Assembly: GCA_046758745.1 (NCBI GenBank)
Contig: JBHIAV010000072.1
Coordinates: 1 to 10,593 of the forward strand
Source: Gemmatimonadota bacterium
GTDB lineage: Bacteria > Gemmatimonadota > Gemmatimonadetes > Palauibacterales > Palauibacteraceae
DNA: 10,593 nt
Direction of reading: 5' to 3'
The position numbers were made by a program, and so were the translations under genes. Positions 8,133 to 10,593 of this stretch are shown piece by piece; position 1 is the stretch's first letter; every line of letters starts with the position of its first letter. The notes below the pieces were generated by a model, which was not told the origin of the DNA, searched no databases, and saw only the letters and a list, made by a program, of their open reading frames with translations.

Positions 8133-8711
8133 TCAGCTGAGCGAGGTGATGACCTGCTTCGAAACGGCCTTCAAGGTCTCGAACACGCCCTCGCCCTCGA
8201 CAGCTATCGCCTCGAAGGAGGGAAAGCCGCCCCGGTTGAGGGCCTGCTCCAGTTCGGCCACCGGCATCACGTCGGCCAGGTCCCTCTTGTTGTACTGGAA
8301 GACGCAGGGCATCGAATCGAGATCCCGCCCCGTCTCGGTCAGGTTCTCGCAAAGGTTCGCCAGCGACTCCACGTTGTCCTCGAGGCGATCCAGCTGGCTG
8401 TCGGCCACGAAGACTATCCCGTCGACCCCACGCACGATGAGCCGCCGGCTCTCGTTGTATCGCACCTCACCCGGCACCGTATAGAGGTGAAAGCGCGTCT
8501 TGTACCCGCGAACCTTGCCGAGGTCGACCGACAGAAAGTCGAAGAACAGGGTGCGGTGGCTGTCCGTGGATGGCGTGATCAGCTTGCCTCGCGTGGCCGG
8601 GTCCAGCTTTCGGTATACGTACTTTAGATTGGTGGTCTTTCCGCTGGATGCGGGACCGTAGTAGACGATCTTGCAGTCGAGCTCGCCGCCCGCCTGGTTA
8701 GTCGTCGCCAT
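8133..8711 (-). CDS. mglA: MglA-family small Ras-like GTPase (192 aa), divergent at catalytic positions
   Basis: CKIVYYGPASSGKTTNL (G1), RTLFFDFL (G2), FHLYTVPGE (G3), GVDGIVFVADSQ and QYNKRD (G4); collinear with Myxococcus MglA as recalled. ATG 8711 behind AGGGGG. Confidence 0.93.
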   Translation of the reverse strand: MATTNQAGGELDCKIVYYGPASSGKTTNLKYVYRKLDPATRGKLITPSTDSHRTLFFDFLSVDLGKVRGYKTRFHLYTVPGEVRYNESRRLIVRGVDGIVFVADSQLDRLEDNVESLANLCENLTETGRDLDSMPCVFQYNKRDLADVMPVAELEQALNRGGFPSFEAIAVEGEGVFETLKAVSKQVITSLS

Positions 8712-8772
8712 GAGCCCCCTGGAGGGCCCCGATGGGCGCCCGCTCGCACCGCACGAATCCCTCCCGGAGCAA

Positions 8773-9114
8773 CTATGCTTCCTCGGCGCTTTCCACCGCC
8801 GCCAGATCCTCCTCCATCTCCGTGAGGATGTGGGCGGCACGTCGACGCAGGATCGGACGCTCCTCCCAGGCGACGTAGTCCCGAAGGAGCAGCACGTTGT
8901 CCACGGCCGGATGGGATCGGAGGTATCCGAGCGCCGCCAGCCGGCGGAGGGGGTGAGGACTGAATAGATCGCGCTGATGCCGTGACATCTGGTCCCGGGC
9001 CACCAGCAGTCCGATGACGCCGAGGGCCGCGACGCCCAGGGCCGCCAGCCCGGCGATCTTCAGGAAACGCCACGCGCCGTCCTCGGAACTCGATCGCGCC
9101 ACCACTACCTTCAT
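8773..9114 (-). CDS. Hypothetical 113-aa protein: one N-terminal TM helix plus a short helical (HEAT-like) domain
   Basis: SD GAGGAG and ATG 7 nt after the recR stop; hydrophobic run IAGLAALGVAALGVIGLLVA; amphipathic segments PLRRLAALGYL and LRRRAAHIL. Confidence 0.8.
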   Translation of the reverse strand: MKVVVARSSSEDGAWRFLKIAGLAALGVAALGVIGLLVARDQMSRHQRDLFSPHPLRRLAALGYLRSHPAVDNVLLLRDYVAWEERPILRRRAAHILTEMEEDLAAVESAEEA

Positions 9115-9121
9115 CCGCTCC

Positions 9122-9715
9122 TCACATTTCCCGTCGTCCGCTCAACGCCTCAGCGATCGTTACCCCATCGGCGTATTCGAGATCGCCGCCGACCGGGAGA
9201 CCCCGCGCCAGACGCGTGACCCGAATCCCCTCGAGCGGGATGACGAGCTTGTGCAGGTACGTCGCCGTCGCTTCCCCTTCCACGCTCGGATTGGTCGCTA
9301 TGATGACCTCGCGTATCCCCTTCTTCAGGCGCTCGGTCAGCCGCGCGATGTTGAGGTCGTCAGGGCCGACCCCGTCCAACGGCGAGAGCCGGCCACCTAG
9401 CACGTGATAGCGGCCCCGGTATTGCCCCGACCTCTCGATGGCCGGGATGTCCGACGCTTCCTCCACGATGCAGAGCTGGCTCGCATCGCGGCGGGGGCTG
9501 CGGCAGTACTCGCACGGGTCCGTGTCGCTGAGATTGCCACACTCCGAGCACGGCTTCACCTCCTCCACCACCCGCTCGATCGCACGCGCGAGCCGGCTGG
9601 GTTGCGCCGGGGCCGTCTTCAGCAGGTGGTACGTCAGCCGCTGTGCCGTTTTCTGACCGACGCCGGGCAGGCGGCTGAACTCCGCGATCAGCTCTTCGAT
9701 CGCCGGCTTCTCCAC
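9122..9715 (-). CDS. recR: Recombination mediator RecR
   Basis: HhH LPGVGQKTAQR, zinc finger CSECGN...PCEYC, YHVLGGRLSPLDGVGP, Toprim EVIIATNPSVEGEATA and GLPVGGDLEYAD. Confidence 0.98.
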   Translation of the reverse strand: MEKPAIEELIAEFSRLPGVGQKTAQRLTYHLLKTAPAQPSRLARAIERVVEEVKPCSECGNLSDTDPCEYCRSPRRDASQLCIVEEASDIPAIERSGQYRGRYHVLGGRLSPLDGVGPDDLNIARLTERLKKGIREVIIATNPSVEGEATATYLHKLVIPLEGIRVTRLARGLPVGGDLEYADGVTIAEALSGRREM

Positions 9716-9733
9716 GATGTCCCGAACGCGCGG

Positions 9734-10069
9734 TCAGCCCCCGAGCAGGCTGCCGAGATTCGGGAGGGGCAGGCCGCCGGCCGCCTGCTTCATCTCCCGA
9801 TCGAGCCGCTCCTTCGCTCGGGCCTGCGCCTGCGAGATCGCGGCCAGGATGAGGTCTTCCAACATCTCGATCTCGGACGGATCCACGGCCGAGGGGTCGA
9901 GACGTATCCCCCGGATCGTGCCCTTCCCGTCCGCGGTGACCTCGACCACTCCGCCCCCGCTGGTGACGGTGAACGTCTCCTGCTCGAGCCGCTGCTGCAC
10001 GTCTGCCAGGCGCGCCTGGACCTGTTGCCCGAGCTGGAAAAGCTGCTGTATCTGGTTCAGGTTCTCCAT
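9734..10069 (-). CDS. ybaB: Nucleoid-associated protein, YbaB/EbfC family
   Basis: SGGGVVEVTADG and EMLEDLILAA motifs; canonical position between dnaX and recR; SD AAGGAG. Confidence 0.95.
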   Translation of the reverse strand: MENLNQIQQLFQLGQQVQARLADVQQRLEQETFTVTSGGGVVEVTADGKGTIRGIRLDPSAVDPSEIEMLEDLILAAISQAQARAKERLDREMKQAAGGLPLPNLGSLLGG

Positions 10070-10076
10070 CGATTGA

Positions 10077-10592
10077 TCACTCCTTCAACCGCAAGTCCAG
10101 CTCTCGTACAGCCTCTCTCAACCGGGGATCCACTTCCACCATCTTCGCGAGGCGTTGCTCGCGCGCCGCGGCCGCGGTGAGGCGGCGGCGCCCCCCTGCC
10201 TCCTGGACGCGGAAGGCAAGCTCGGCCGGCGTCGTTCCGAGCCGCGCGGCGAGCGCTCCCCGCAGGGAGGCGGAGCGCTGCCCATCGTCCAGAAACCGCT
10301 GCAAGTCCTCGGCCAGCCCCGGCGGCACGCCAAGATGGAGCTCACCACCCTCCAGGGACAGTACGCTGACCCCCGAGAGGACGAGCGCCTGACCCCCCAG
10401 GCCTTCCGCCGCGGCGATGGCGTCGCGCCATGCCTCGCGCAGGCCCGGAGCGCCGCCTGCGGGCCCCGTGTCGGCTGCGGGCGCTCCGGCAGAGGGCGTC
10501 GCGGGGTCCGGCCCTGCGTTCTCACCGGAGGCGGGGGAGCCTCCCTGGCGGGCGGTTGCCCCGGCGGGGCGGGACGGAGTCGAGCCGCGGGC
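10077..10592 (-). CDS. dnaX: Probable C-terminus of DNA polymerase III subunit gamma/tau (5'-truncated by window)
   Basis: Manual translation shows the 10077-10328 frame stays open to the window edge: a Pro/Ala/Gly linker, then LREAWRDAI...LHLGVPPG...DPRLREAVRELDLRLKE. Identity rests mainly on dnaX-ybaB-recR synteny; the AAA+ domain is outside the window. Confidence 0.75.
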   Translation of the reverse strand, partial: ARGSTPSRPAGATARQGGSPASGENAGPDPATPSAGAPAADTGPAGGAPGLREAWRDAIAAAEGLGGQALVLSGVSVLSLEGGELHLGVPPGLAEDLQRFLDDGQRSASLRGALAARLGTTPAELAFRVQEAGGRRRLTAAAAREQRLAKMVEVDPRLREAVRELDLRLKE

Positions 10593-10593
10593 C

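Noticed and set aside
8698-8772. Short TTG-started ORF (LLREGFVRCERAPIGALQGAHGDD) as an mglB remnant
   Set aside because: Only 24 codons, no clear SD and no recognisable similarity to Roadblock/LC7 or the MglB acidic C-terminal helix.
10077-10328. 83-aa ORF as an independent small gene
   Set aside because: The frame is open upstream to the window edge, so it is the tail of a longer gene, probably dnaX.

Overview
High-GC (roughly 70% by eye) bacterial core-genome window; gene content and order suggest Gemmatimonadota (inference). Left part: 3' end of a MacB/FtsX-type ABC permease and bshB1 (+), a stand-alone degenerate HIRAN-like gene (-), then a cysteine desulfurase-mnmA pair (+). Right part: a tightly coupled minus-strand run, dnaX (3' end)-ybaB/ebfC-recR-small membrane-anchored hypothetical-mglA-pgsA-pncC (CinA C-terminal domain)-alpha/beta hydrolase-grpE-dnaJ. 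No mobile element, CRISPR array, tRNA or rRNA is seen. The most notable signal is the MglA GTPase. It has no adjacent mglB (GAP) gene and carries substitutions at two hydrolysis-critical positions (G21A, Q82E in Myxococcus numbering), and an uncharacterised single-pass membrane protein lies where mglB usually sits. A stem-rich 280-bp spacer upstream of the cysteine desulfurase is a second candidate.
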